From a virus (lineage: Duplodnaviria; Caudoviricetes): a stretch of 64,000 bases of DNA. Numbering within the stretch: position 1 is the first letter of the stretch; every line of letters begins with the position of its first letter. The position numbers and the translations under genes were made by a program. The notes under the pieces were generated by a model. That model ran no database searches. It saw only the letters and a program-made list of their open reading frames with translations, and was not told the DNA's origin. The stretch lies in IMG/VR virus record IMGVR_UViG_3300024283_000013, positions 2,838 through 66,837 of that record, one strand, 5' to 3'. Positions 63,934-64,000 of the stretch are shown here, piece after piece.

Positions 63934-64000
63934 GCAGCCCGATCTCCTGCGCCAGCGCCGGCAGCAGCGTCAGCACTGCATTGACAACGATCCCCAACGG
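63857..64000 (-). CDS. C-terminal end of a minus-strand gene entering from the right edge
   Basis: Hand-translated PLGIVVNAVLTLLPALAQEIGLLTAPQAVRTTMPMTAGQARAVLATK*, with GC3-rich codons. Confidence 0.55.
   Translation of the reverse strand, partial: PLGIVVNAVLTLLPALAQEIGLLTAPQAVRTTMPMTAGQARAVLATK

Noticed and set aside
1-64000. Diversity-generating retroelement, expected by analogy with BPP-1
   Set aside because: No reverse transcriptase (YxDD), avd or TR/VR pair differing at adenines was seen near any fibre gene in this window.
1-64000. CRISPR array, rRNA, integrase, CI repressor, transposase
   Set aside because: No regularly spaced repeats, rRNA signatures, or tyrosine/serine recombinase, S24 peptidase or DDE motifs were recognised.

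Overview
The window is almost entirely one GC-rich tailed-phage genome of podovirus type, with a BPP-1/T7-like head-tail module. The host is probably an alphaproteobacterium (inferred from a GapR-like gene, the Cro types and several Rhizobiales-type hypothetical families). No host chromosomal genes, integrase, CI repressor, tRNA, CRISPR array or reverse transcriptase are visible. The minus strand from about 44.1 kb leftwards carries terS, about 25 small accessory genes, an MT-A70 methylase, terL, portal, scaffold, major capsid, cement and staple proteins, three tandem tail-adaptor paralogs, an enlarged nozzle, the ejectosome (gp13-16-like) and fibres. A plus-strand island at 45.5-47.8 kb holds short genes separated by conserved hairpin plus RBS modules. 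The 48-57 kb segment is a mostly minus-strand replication and DNA-modification operon. From 57.2 kb a plus-strand recombination operon runs (RecT, NinB). Six free-standing HNH/EndoVII endonuclease genes are scattered through the genome. The two strongest novelty candidates are (1) seven fibre-like or coiled-coil proteins in the virion operon that all carry Sec signal peptides with Gln at +1, most with paired cysteines, suggesting periplasmic maturation of virion appendages, and (2) a shared basic-x-YDH peptide at the scaffold C-terminus and in three small proteins, a candidate capsid-targeting signal. All family assignments are from motif recognition by eye, without database searches.
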